Source of the DNA: Pachysolen tannophilus NRRL Y-2460
Lineage: Eukaryota
DNA length: 64,000 bases
Assembly: GCA_001661245.1 (NCBI GenBank)
Contig: KV454011.1
Location: forward strand, 124,001 to 188,000
Direction: 5' to 3'
Position 1 is the stretch's first letter; every line of letters begins with the position of its first letter. The notes beneath the pieces were generated by a model. That model ran no database searches and was not told the DNA's origin. It worked only from the letters and a program-made list of their open reading frames with translations. Below, in pieces: positions 34,900 through 45,906 of the stretch. Made by a program: the position numbers and the translations under genes.

Positions 34900-37800
34900 A
34901 TGAGTGGTAATATGAGTGGGATAAGGAAGAAGGTTGGACAGTTATTGATGGCCGGTTTTGAAGGAACCACAGTCACTAATAATATTCGAAATTTAATCGA
35001 GGAGTATCATATATCAACAATTATATTGAGTAGTAAGAATTTTGTAAATGCTCAGCAGGTGAAGAAATTAATATGTGATTTACAGAAAATAGCTAAAGAT
35101 TCAGGTCATAAGTATCCGTTGATGTTTGCCATAGATCAAGAAGGTGGTATGATTAGCAGTTTATTTGATGAAAATTATATAACACAGTTTCCAGGAGCGA
35201 TGGGATTAGCAGCAACAGGATCACTGACTCTAGTCCATGATGTGTGTAAGGCAATGGCATTGGAGTTGAAATCTTTAGGGTTTTCTATCAATTTGGGGCC
35301 AGTATTGGACACTGTGACCAAATTTTCTCACCAGTTGATTGGTGTTAGATCATTTGGAAGTACCAACGAAGAAGTTATCAAATACGGGAAGGCTGCAGCT
35401 CAAGGTTTCAGAGATGGTGGATTATTTACATTTGGAAAGCATTTCCCAGGATTGAACAATGCAGAAGTTTCTTCAGTTTTGGAATTACCGATATTAACTG
35501 AAACTTTGGAGCAGGTTGAAAAATCCAATGTTGTCACTTTTAAGGCATTAATTGATTGCGGTTTGATGGATGGAATAAGTGCTGCAGGTGCTGCAGTCCC
35601 CAATATTTCACCAAATGAGGTTCATTCATGCTTAAGTCCCATATTAATTACTGATTTATTGAGAAATAAGCTAAAATTCGATGGTGTTATTCATAGCGAG
35701 TGCCTCGAGATGGAAGCACTATTCTGTAATATAGGATTTAGACAAGGTGTTATAATGGCAGTTTTTGCGGGGTGTGATTTAGTGCTAGTCTGTCATGATT
35801 ATAATTTACAAAAAGAAGCGATTCATGCATTGTCCCAAGCTGTGGAGGATGGTATATTAGACGAAAAACAGGTTATTGATGAATCTATAAGAAGGATTGA
35901 AGTCTTGCAAAAAAGGTTACCAAGTTTTGATGATTTTTTTAACTTGGAGGATTTAGATGATAAAATTAAGCTGGAACACCAAGAATTATCACAATTGGCT
36001 TATCAAAAGTCAATTACATTGGTCAGAGATTATAATAACTGTTTACCCATTACAAAATTCGTCAATGACGATTTACCACTGGAAGAAAACTTGATTTTAT
36101 TGTTAACGCCTGTTTTACAACCTTTGTACTCCAAAAACAGTTGTAACCCTAAAAACAATAAACCGAATAATAAAATATTCCCCGGTGAAGAGGTTTTCCA
36201 AGAATTTGGAAAGATGTTAGCCAATTGCAGCGCTAATACGAAGAATGAGAGAGGAAAGAATTTTAAAGTTCTTCACACAAGTTATACTGCAAATGGTTTG
36301 ACTAATTTACATGAGCAATTGATTGAGAAGGCAAAAGTTGTGTTATTAATAACTTCAGAGACGTCAAGAAATATTCATCAAATCGGTATAACAAAACATA
36401 TCTCAATATTATGTGGTGGTAGTAATCATAAATTACCTTCAAAGAAACCGTTAATAATTATAGCTGTTTCCTCACCTTATGATTTTTTCTATAATAACAA
36501 TATAGGCTCCGCATACCTATGTACGTATGATTATACTGATAATGGCTTGGACAATTTGGCCAAAGTGTTGTTTGGGAAATACAGGCCAACTGGCGTGATA
36601 CCTGGAGAAGCTAATAGTAGCAATAAGCGTAAGATCGAGGCAGAAGCTCAAAGTTTCAAGAAAAGCAAGAACGATTTCTCACAAAGAAGATGGTTAGTTG
36701 ACGAATTCAATTTGAAAAGGGACTGGAAGAATTTGATAAATTTGCTGAGTAACCATATAGATTTCAGTGATAAAGAAGAAGAAGAATTTTCACAATTGAA
36801 TTCGGTGAATTTACAGTACAACAAAGATTCATCATCCGAAAGATATCAATTTTTTGAAAGTGCTAAAAATAAGAAAACTTTTAGAAAGTTTTCAAACAAA
36901 ATTTATCATCTATTAAATGATAATGCAGATACCCAAAAGCACTTTGTTGTGAGAAACTCAAGTTTGAATGTTTTGTACGGTTTTATATTAACATGGTACA
37001 ACGGACATTTAAAAACTGGTAGTATTTTATATATCTTGGTTGATAAGGCAAAGAGAAATCAATCAATAGGAGAGAGTTTGCATTCTAAAGCAATTAAGTA
37101 TTTGATCAACGAGAAACATTGTGAAAGAATCACTCTTGGATGTCTGTTCCCACTTATAGGCTTCCCCAACTTGAGCAACATTTGGTCAATGTCATCAGGT
37201 AAAGATGATGATGAGATTGAAGATATTTTAAATTCTAATGAGGTTTATCTTTTCTTCAAAAGAAAGACCGCTTGGAACCTCAAAATGTTGCTAGCCAACA
37301 AATTCGAAGAACATTCAAGCAAAAGCTTGAATTATATTTTAAAGATAAATGGTTTGAATAGTTGGTCAGTTTCTGAAAAACTTGTCCGTCAACTACAAGT
37401 TGTTGGTATAATGTTTGATCTATGCTCGAATTTTGATGAAGCATTAAAATTGATCGTAAAACATTACAGTAAGAATCCAATGCTATATCCTTTATACAAA
37501 GAAGTCATCAATGATATTAAGAACCCAAACAAAAAAGATGACGCTAAGATAATTGTCGCGTTGGAACCTAGCAACAGATCTGTTGTCGGCAGTATTGTGG
37601 TATTTACAAACTGCTCTTCCGTTTCCAAATTTTTCCCATTCATAGAAGAGGTTGGCGTAAACGAAAATAATGAATCTGTTGATTCAAATAATGTCCTGTC
37701 AAAAGTCGGCGGTTTGGTCGGATTAATCATAGATCCTTCTTACGAAAATTTAACTGATGTTTTTAAGTTAGGGTTGGTTTGCACTGCTTTAAGTTTTTTG

Positions 37801-37971
37801 AAAAGACTGCAGGAAGATAGTAATGGGTTTGATAATGATGGCGGTATTAATGATGTTTTATTAATCGGGATTAATAAGTCCAAAAATAATATCAATAATT
37901 TTAGAGATAATGGTTTTGAAATTTATAAAAAGTACTATGATTGTTATGATGAAAGAGATAAATGGATCTAG
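34900..37971 (+). CDS. NGS1: GH3 beta-N-acetylglucosaminidase-like plus C-terminal GNAT protein (Ngs1 GlcNAc sensor type)
   Basis: GH3 motifs VGQLLMAGF, AIDQEGG, GPVLD, IGVRSFG, KHFPG, AGCDLVLVC; GNAT motif A-like ILVDKAKRNQSIGESLH; lies in the GlcNAc cluster. Confidence 0.88.
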   Translation: MSGNMSGIRKKVGQLLMAGFEGTTVTNNIRNLIEEYHISTIILSSKNFVNAQQVKKLICDLQKIAKDSGHKYPLMFAIDQEGGMISSLFDENYITQFPGAMGLAATGSLTLVHDVCKAMALELKSLGFSINLGPVLDTVTKFSHQLIGVRSFGSTNEEVIKYGKAAAQGFRDGGLFTFGKHFPGLNNAEVSSVLELPILTETLEQVEKSNVVTFKALIDCGLMDGISAAGAAVPNISPNEVHSCLSPILITDLLRNKLKFDGVIHSECLEMEALFCNIGFRQGVIMAVFAGCDLVLVCHDYNLQKEAIHALSQAVEDGILDEKQVIDESIRRIEVLQKRLPSFDDFFNLEDLDDKIKLEHQELSQLAYQKSITLVRDYNNCLPITKFVNDDLPLEENLILLLTPVLQPLYSKNSCNPKNNKPNNKIFPGEEVFQEFGKMLANCSANTKNERGKNFKVLHTSYTANGLTNLHEQLIEKAKVVLLITSETSRNIHQIGITKHISILCGGSNHKLPSKKPLIIIAVSSPYDFFYNNNIGSAYLCTYDYTDNGLDNLAKVLFGKYRPTGVIPGEANSSNKRKIEAEAQSFKKSKNDFSQRRWLVDEFNLKRDWKNLINLLSNHIDFSDKEEEEFSQLNSVNLQYNKDSSSERYQFFESAKNKKTFRKFSNKIYHLLNDNADTQKHFVVRNSSLNVLYGFILTWYNGHLKTGSILYILVDKAKRNQSIGESLHSKAIKYLINEKHCERITLGCLFPLIGFPNLSNIWSMSSGKDDDEIEDILNSNEVYLFFKRKTAWNLKMLLANKFEEHSSKSLNYILKINGLNSWSVSEKLVRQLQVVGIMFDLCSNFDEALKLIVKHYSKNPMLYPLYKEVINDIKNPNKKDDAKIIVALEPSNRSVVGSIVVFTNCSSVSKFFPFIEEVGVNENNESVDSNNVLSKVGGLVGLIIDPSYENLTDVFKLGLVCTALSFLKRLQEDSNGFDNDGGINDVLLIGINKSKNNINNFRDNGFEIYKKYYDCYDERDKWI

Positions 37972-38118
37972 TTTTTAAGCAATTATGTTATTATTATCAC
38001 ATGTATAGGTATTTGTTTAAGGTGTAACATTACTATAAATTATAAATTAAATAGGTAAATTAATAATAAGAAAGACTAAAGGTTAATATAAATATATATG
38101 TATATGATAGTCCTTTAT

Positions 38119-40348
38119 TCAATCATTCTCGCTATGTTTATCAGAAGAATTAAGTATATTCCTTATTCCAATTTTAGTATACCCTCCAATTCCTTGTTTC
38201 ATCATACCTGGACCACCAGAACTGGATTTGCTGTCGACCAAAGTATTACTTTCATTCATAGATTTTCTTCTGTTCCTTACAATTGATGACTGCCTTGGAT
38301 GATGTGCAACATGCGGGAAATACAAAGCATCAAGTGGCGGTAAGTAATAAACGTTGGATAAGGGAAAATACTGATAATTCGAAGGGGATTCCGATTCTTT
38401 CAGTTCTACTGGTTTGCCTGAATTATTATTGCTGGAAGTATTACTGGAGCTGCTATTTATCAGATTTTGTTCATTTTCTTCAATGGCCGGTAACGCGTGC
38501 GATATGTTAGGAAGCCTCAAGAATGGAATAGAATTCATAGGATCGAGTGAAGAAGGTGATCTCCCAATGGATAGTAACCCATTAATATTACCATCATTAT
38601 TTGTTAGGGGGAATGTAGATGTAGAGCCTGCTATTTTATTTTGCTGTTCAATATCATCAGGATATATTTTCTTCTTTGACGGATCTTTAACTATTAAAAC
38701 ATCATTTCTTCCGCTATAAAAACTAGGATTTCTGCCTCTCACTTGTATTGGGTGCGATTTCAAATTCAGTATATGAACTTCGGCTTCTTCATTATCTCCT
38801 TTTTCGACAATAAACGATAATGATATTATGATGTGATAGTAATTTTGGAAAACAGTAGATTTACCATTGTTCGGGGTGGCATTTTTAAATTGAACTTTCT
38901 TCAAAATGAATTTGAAATTATGAAACTCTGAGATATCCAATGAGCTTAAAGATATTTCCTGAGTTAATGAGTTTAAATAATGTACATTTGATGGAATGTC
39001 TTTATGATTAGATGACTTCTTATTATTACTATTCTGGGAATCAGAGGACATGGAATCAGAATTATCATTAAAAATCAATAAATCAATCTTGTCATCTGAA
39101 AATTTTGTAGTACCATAAACGGACAATTTAAAACGCTTTATTTTACTTTTCTTGTAATCTTTAATAATTGAAAAAATTGGTAATTTTGTAAATGATAAAT
39201 TAACTGATAACTGCATGAAATTTCTTCTATAACAAGAAAGGTTTTTAATTTTTTGTTCTTTTTGAGTATCAGAGTACAAAAACCTACCATCCATTTCTCC
39301 TTTTAAATCCAATGTAGTTTTATCACCATTTTCATCTAATAATCTAAAACTGTTTTCGTCCTCTTTTACAATTAAATCTAATAAATAAGCATATTCGGAG
39401 GAGCAATTTGTTTTCGCCAGTTTTTTTTGACATCTTTTGCTGATTTTCAATTTCCCGAGGTGATAAAATCTGTTGATCTCTTGATGCAGATCCATTCATT
39501 ACTTCTGTTTCCTGATAAAGAGAAGGGAACTTTAAAGGTAAAGATGAAGATGATGTAAATTGATTCACTATACTCGTAGGTGAAGACATATTTGTCTTTC
39601 CAACGAAATGATTGAAAGAGTTATTGTTGTCATTGTTAGAAATGGATGCATTCATATCAATTGATAAAGATTTTTCTGTGTCGTTGTTTACATTGTTATG
39701 ATCATTTGGAGTATTACCTAAAAGATCCATATTACTCAATCCAGCAAAATTGTTATTCGTAAAATTATGCTCAAGGTAAGTCCCAAAAGGTTGCTGTTGC
39801 AACTGCTGCAGTTGCTGTACTTGATGATAATGATGTTGGTGATGATGATTGTGTGGCTGATGTCGATTCTGCCGCTCTTCATTATACTGCAGATAAGGAT
39901 AAAGCGGCAAAGTCGCATTATCACTACTCATAAATGCTGCATTATTAAAATTATTGTTCAGAGTATCATTATTTCCAGCATTTTGAATCACGCCATTGAA
40001 ATAATTGGCTCCATTATTATCATTTTTATTTTGATTGGCATTAGAGTTTGAACCTGTCGACAATGATGCTTCTAAAGGAATATATGATTGATAGTGCGAA
40101 TGGCCTGATAAAAATGAATCTGGCTGATTATGATAGTAATTCCCCCCATTGTTAGTATTAGTACTATTATTGCTGTTACTTTCGACTGATATTGGGGAAG
40201 TTGTAGATTGTTGCTGTCGGTACTGCTGATGCGGTGTTTGTTGATTATGTTGATGTTCTTGCTGCTGATAATTTCTCTGATTGATATTACTTAAAATTTC
40301 TAAATCAGGTAAAAAGAGAGACGCAAACTCATCCTCTATTGACGACAT
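38119..40348 (-). CDS. Ndt80/PhoG-family transcription factor (Ron1/Rep1-like), split by an apparent +1 frameshift at the A8 run 39421-39428
   Basis: Downstream ORF has the Ndt80 motifs SCYRRNFMQ, KKVQFKNATPNNGK, FQNYYHII and SHPIQVRGRNPSFY. The upstream Q/N-rich ORF overlaps it, and removing one A fuses them into about 742 aa. Confidence 0.85.
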
Positions 40349-40758
40349 TTGGCTAAATTAAGATAACAAATCAATTTCTTTTTTTTTTCTTTTTTTTTCC
40401 CAAAAATGATTGAAATATCTGTAAACAGCCTGGATGTAAGTGTAGCTCCTAGATACAAAGATTAATTATGGTTATAAAAATATATCTCTTTAATCGATAA
40501 AAGTAACATAACGTTACAATAATCTTAAAACTTTTTTGATCTTTAGTACCTCTTTATGATTTCTCCTCCTCGTCTGCCGTTCCCCGTTCTGCTGATAAAG
40601 GATTTCCTATACAACGTTACATTTTCCAAAAAACAGCTTGTTGATCGTTAGTACACTACCTACTTTAGCTATTAGAAAACCAACAAGGGCTCTTTCCAGA
40701 GCTCAGAACGACGAGAACGGGAACCAGTAACAGTTCCAGGAACGGCTCCAGTACTAAG

Positions 40759-40857
40759 ACCAGGACCAAGACCAAGACCAAGACCAAGGTCTGACCTGGC
40801 TATAGACTCAGATTCAATTCCAGGCTCAATTCTAGGCTCAAGTTCATAAGCTCAGGT
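40759..40857. repeat. Short tandem repeats: (GACCAA/G)x5 and three degenerate AGGCTCAA units
   Basis: Read directly downstream of the MoaD-like stop codon. Confidence 0.6.
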
Positions 40858-40866
40858 GAAAACTTA

Positions 40867-41208
40867 TCACCCCGCTGATACTGGCGGTATAATTGCAACC
40901 TCATCACCATTTTTCAATTCTAATTGCAACTCTTCCAGCTGGAAAATTTCCAGTAATATCTCCGATAACGTTTCATCACTAGCTGAATTAATGATTTCCC
41001 TTGCATTTATATCCAATTCAATGTACTCGTAATTAAGCGCCATTCCACAAGACCTTATAACATACTTAACAAAGGAAAGCCCATACGTTGCGTGCAAATA
41101 AAGAAATAACAGTATCAAACTACCATTTTCAAGTGTTATCTCTTCCGAGCTTATATTATCCGTAAACTGTTTCGAAGGACCAAAATACTCCACTGAAATC
41201 TTGAGCAT
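40867..41208 (-). CDS. Molybdopterin synthase small (sulfur carrier) subunit, MoaD/MOCS2A/CnxG-like
   Basis: N-terminal ISVEYFGPSKQF, ALNYEY, C-terminal LKNGDEVAIIPPVSAG with terminal Gly. Confidence 0.85.
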   Translation of the reverse strand: MLKISVEYFGPSKQFTDNISSEEITLENGSLILLFLYLHATYGLSFVKYVIRSCGMALNYEYIELDINAREIINSASDETLSEILLEIFQLEELQLELKNGDEVAIIPPVSAG

Positions 41209-41525
41209 TGTAGAACACTTCTTCGTACTAATTTATCTTGCCTTCTTCTCGCCTTTGTCACTTAATCGGACTTAGTTTAAAGCGAGATCTTGCTCCATTT
41301 ACCATTTATTTACTAACAATCAATATAGCCCCCGTTACACTCAGAATTACCCGATTTGGAATACCACCTTTATTTTGTACCTTTTTTTTTTTTTTTTTTT
41401 TGTTCTATGAGCTGAGGGCGATCTCGCCTAGCTGGCAGGGAAAAGAAAAGAAGAAAAGAAGGTGAAGAAGAATATATATATGAATATATTTGGGGTTTCT
41501 GTTTATCTGGGTATTATTGAAGGAT

Positions 41526-42221
41526 ATGATGCTTGGATTTCTGCAGGTAAGGGTTTTTGGGCGCTTGAGATGTGCTAAAAGTGTAAATGGTTTTAGCAAA
41601 GGATCTTTTAATTTTTATTCTTCGAAACCAGAAGTTTTGTCGATTAAAGATGACAATTTAAACAGGCCAACACCATGGCAAAGAATGTCACAACAGAAAA
41701 GTTTAATCAAGCCTCTGTTATTACTTGTACTTTTAGGTTCTGTGGTTATAAATATCATCAAAGAGAGGCGGGAGTCTGAGGATTTGGATTATAGGTATAA
41801 GTTAAAATTGAATATATTGGAAGATATCAAGAAGAAATTACGTAATCAGGAACCAATAGATTTGAACGATGAATTAAGAGTCATTAATAGATTATTTGAA
41901 AATTTAGGTTATGGTGGAACTTATTTTAAAGGGTATGTGGAAAAACCTAATGCCAATGATTTTCAAAAGACAACAGATAGTGAGATAAATCAATTTTTCA
42001 ATATTATTGCTGAAAATGATCATCCAATGGACAATAAATTGTTAAAAGAAACAGAATTAATAAAAGATTCAATGAATGATGGTGAAAGAAAAAATTTGGA
42101 ACAGGTAAATGTTAAGAAATTAGAATCTCAAAGTTATAAAGAACCTGTTGATTCGCAAATATCACACACTACAAATTATACAGAATCTGTTTCAAACACA
42201 AAATTGGGAAAGTTTTTATGA
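41526..42221 (+). CDS. INA22: Mitochondrial inner membrane assembly complex subunit Ina22-like
   Basis: LIKPxLLLVLLGSVVINIIKERR...RYKLKL...DELRVIN resembles Ina22 as I recall it; convergent with DAL81 as in S. cerevisiae. Confidence 0.75.
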   Translation: MMLGFLQVRVFGRLRCAKSVNGFSKGSFNFYSSKPEVLSIKDDNLNRPTPWQRMSQQKSLIKPLLLLVLLGSVVINIIKERRESEDLDYRYKLKLNILEDIKKKLRNQEPIDLNDELRVINRLFENLGYGGTYFKGYVEKPNANDFQKTTDSEINQFFNIIAENDHPMDNKLLKETELIKDSMNDGERKNLEQVNVKKLESQSYKEPVDSQISHTTNYTESVSNTKLGKFL

Positions 42222-42437
42222 ACCTATATATATTTATCGTCTTTCCTATATTGTAAATATAAAAATATTAATGTCATTATCTATTTTCAAGTCTTAGATC
42301 ATATATAATAATATAAATCTATACATGAAGCGCAATTTCATAAGTCTCTAATCCCTAAATCTGGATAAACTCAAAGGTTAAAATTATTGGTCAATAAACT
42401 GCTATTGAGACATGTAATAACAAAAAAAATTTTGTTT

Positions 42438-44990
42438 CTACGAATTCTTATCAACATCTCTCACATTATTATTATTATTATTGGTGATTCTTAGTGAAGC
42501 ATTTCTTTGTGTATCTTCGTCTTGATTTTCATCTACATTCCCATCCTCGACTGCATTTTGCTTATAATCCTTCTCCTCCTCTTCCTCCTCCTCACCATCA
42601 TCATGTTTGATGGCACGAGAAAACCTATTGTTGTTGTTGTTGTTGTTGTTGCTACTACCGTTGTTGTAATATTCAAGCGGACTGCTATGTCCTGATGAGC
42701 CACTATTATTGTTACTGTTATTCCTTAATTGTGATCTTTGCAGTATTATCTGCTGAGGAGATAGTTCGGGTGATGAGTCATTTTGCTGTTGCTCCCGAGA
42801 ATTCATTAGCGATCTTTCACTGCTATTACCGCTATTATTGTTGTTATTATTGGAATTTTTATTTGACGAAGCTGTAATCACATTATTTTGCTGAGATAAT
42901 GGAGAATTGACCATTGGTGTTGAAGGCTTAGATTGTTGTTGCTGTTGTTGTGAATAGGACGGAGAGTGAATGCTGCTTTGCCTTGAAGCTTGATTCCCCA
43001 GCCAATTACTATTAGGATTATTATTAGTGTTGCTGTTACTATTATTACTATTAACACTGGCATTACTGCTCCGTCTCTTTCTATTATTATTGTTGTTCTT
43101 TTTATTATTGACAGCATGCTTAGATTGCTGCTGTTGATGCTGCTGAGGCCCTATAATCGGCGAACCATCACTGTTAAAACTAGTTGAACCTAATGTTTGG
43201 ATAGGTTGTTGTGGTGGTATAAACATATAATTTGAAGATCCGGTATTATTATTATTATCAAATAACCCTGGAATATGGAGCAATATGGTATCTAATTTTT
43301 CTAATGCATTGCCAGCCTGATCAAACCCTTTGGCACTGACCCTTAGTATCCATCTGTAATTGTATACTTGGTCTTTGAACAAACTTGCTTCTTCATTTGA
43401 GGTAGAGGTCACAAATAATATCGCGGCAAACGTTCCAATTAATGTAAAGTTTGCAGTTGCCGAAGAATGCCAAAAAGCGTGGATATGTTCTGGTTTCAAT
43501 GATCTTACGAAATCTATTGCTGCTAATAGTCTAGTCTTAGCAGCACTTCGACAAACATGGATCAATTCCGGTGGGCAATCGTTCGTCAATGTGGATATAA
43601 TTTTCCTGTGTAAAGTTATTTCTGCGGCAAAATATGCCAATTGCAAATAACCATTAGGATTCAATTTTCTAGGTTGGATTGATGACATTTGTAAATCTTT
43701 TGGAAGGGAATGATACCACTCTCTCAATTTTAATTGTAAAGGTTTTGCCAATTTTAAAACTTCATCTATTCTATTCACAAGTTCTGCAGCAGAAATTGTG
43801 AAGAATGTATCCAAAATTTCAGATAATATTTCACTAAGTGAAATCATTTCTTTGAACAAATGTTTCCCATTTTCTATATCTGTAGAACCTTCTTTGAAAG
43901 TATCCGCCTCATTAGATTTTTCAGGGAAATCCTCATCAGTTACTCTTTTAACCATCCAATTTTTACCCTCAGCTATATGAGAAGGTCTTGATTCAATTAA
44001 TGCTAACCATTTATCCTGAACATACACTGCCCAAGCCAAACGCCTTCTCAAACCTCTTTCCCATTTTGGTAATCGCCAATTTGCACAATCTAAACCTAAA
44101 CCTAATTCTTCCAGTAATGAAACAACTTGTGAACATAATGCCCAGTTCCTCGCATGATCAGGTCGGCATTGTAATAATAATAATCCTGCTTGAACAGCGC
44201 TTAACTTGGGTCTTTCAATTACATCAGAAAATGTACTTATTGCCAATTTATTTAATGCAACGACATTAGGTTTCTGGTGTTGGCTCAATTGAGGATCATA
44301 ATCCCACCATTGTATAGCTAATGAGTAGACGGCAGCCAACAAAGGAGCACTGAACTCTCTATGTGTTCTTGAATATTTCTCAAGAAAAACTTTTTTATGT
44401 AAAACTGGGAACGATGGATGAACTATTCTGAAATATAAATCGATTAGAATTTGCCCATGAGGAGCAACAAATCTTTCCACTGCATCAACATCTCTTTCTG
44501 TTCTTTCGTACAAATCTGCTGTGTAATCATCTCTTAAGGTGAACTGAACATTTGGAGCTACTCTTCTTAAAGAAGTTGTAGGGTTTAATTGAACTTGATC
44601 AATTTTATCCAATTTTATCGTATTCAACAAAAGTGGATCATATACAGATGAAGGTCCAACATAGAAACTAGATCTTGGATATTGCAAGCTTAAAGTTTTT
44701 TTCAATAATGAATTTCCTGGCATTGAAGAATAATCATGTACTGGCTCAACTTCTCGTATTGGCACCGTTGGTGGAGGATGTAACTCATCCACTATATATT
44801 TTGCCTTTTTGATAGTCCCCATTTGATCATTTAGATTTTCAGACGATCTTTTCAAAGCACCACTATCACTATATGTACATTTTAGTCCTTTCAAATCACA
44901 CTGAGCACAATTATTTGTCTCCAGATTGAACGAACATTTCGTCTTTCTTCTTCTACAATGGTCACAAGGACGCACTTTTGATTTCAGACG

Positions 44991-45028
<38 letters not shown>

Positions 45029-45767
45029 GCTGCTGCTGTTGTTGAGGAATTTGTGAAACTGAAGGTGGTGCCATGTACGACGGCGGCTGTTGCATTAGCA
45101 TTGAAGGTATCATGTTTGGCGGTAAATGTCCAAAATTCTGTTGTTGAGCTGCCACCGTCATTGCAGCTTGGAATCTCGGAGGTATCTGCATATTCTGCTG
45201 TTGTTGTTGTTGATAGTATAGGAACTCTGCTGTGGCATTGGCATTAACTGCGCCAGCAGAGGATGAAGATGATGACGACTTATTATGCGGTTTGATATCA
45301 CTTTTATTTTCTTGGTCTTCTTTCAATTCATCGGGCATCGAATAAAAATGTGATGGCGGCGGCAGTGGTGGCGCCAGTTGCTGTTGATGTTGCACAGGTG
45401 TCCCGCCAGGTACCCCTCGGGGCACCCCGCTATGCACCTGCACCCCGCCCATATTAGGCGGCGGCGGCGGCACACGGGGCCCAGGCTGCTGCATCGGGTG
45501 AGTGTGCGGGTGAGTGTGCGGCAGCATCGGCGGCTCATCATTACTATTGCTATTATTACCATTACTATTATTATTATTATTATTATCGCCATTCCCATGA
45601 TTGAAATGTAAAAAACTTGACGCTGTCAATGAGGCATCACTGAGGAAATTATTAAACTCTGTATCTTGCCAGTTGCTCGTATTAGCACTAGTATTTGTGC
45701 TGCTACCATCACCGTTATCCGCATCGAATAAATGCAAGTTGCTATCACTATTATTAGTACCTTTTGA

Positions 45768-45798
<31 letters not shown>

Positions 45799-45812
45799 AT
45801 ATTATTGGACAT
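42438..45812 (-). CDS. DAL81: Zn(II)2Cys6 transcriptional co-activator Dal81/TamA (about 1124 aa)
   Basis: RPCDHCRRRKTKC, LLKKTLSLQYPRSSFYVGP, VAPHGQILIDLYFRIVHPSFPVLHKKVFLEKYSR, WRLPKWERGLRRRLAWA. ATG at 45812. Confidence 0.93.
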
Positions 45813-45906
45813 AATTGATAACCAACCAAGATAAAAAAAAATAAAGAAGAAACCTTGAACCAAAAACCTAACAATTAACCAAAACCAAAAAAAAAAAAAG
45901 AAAAAA

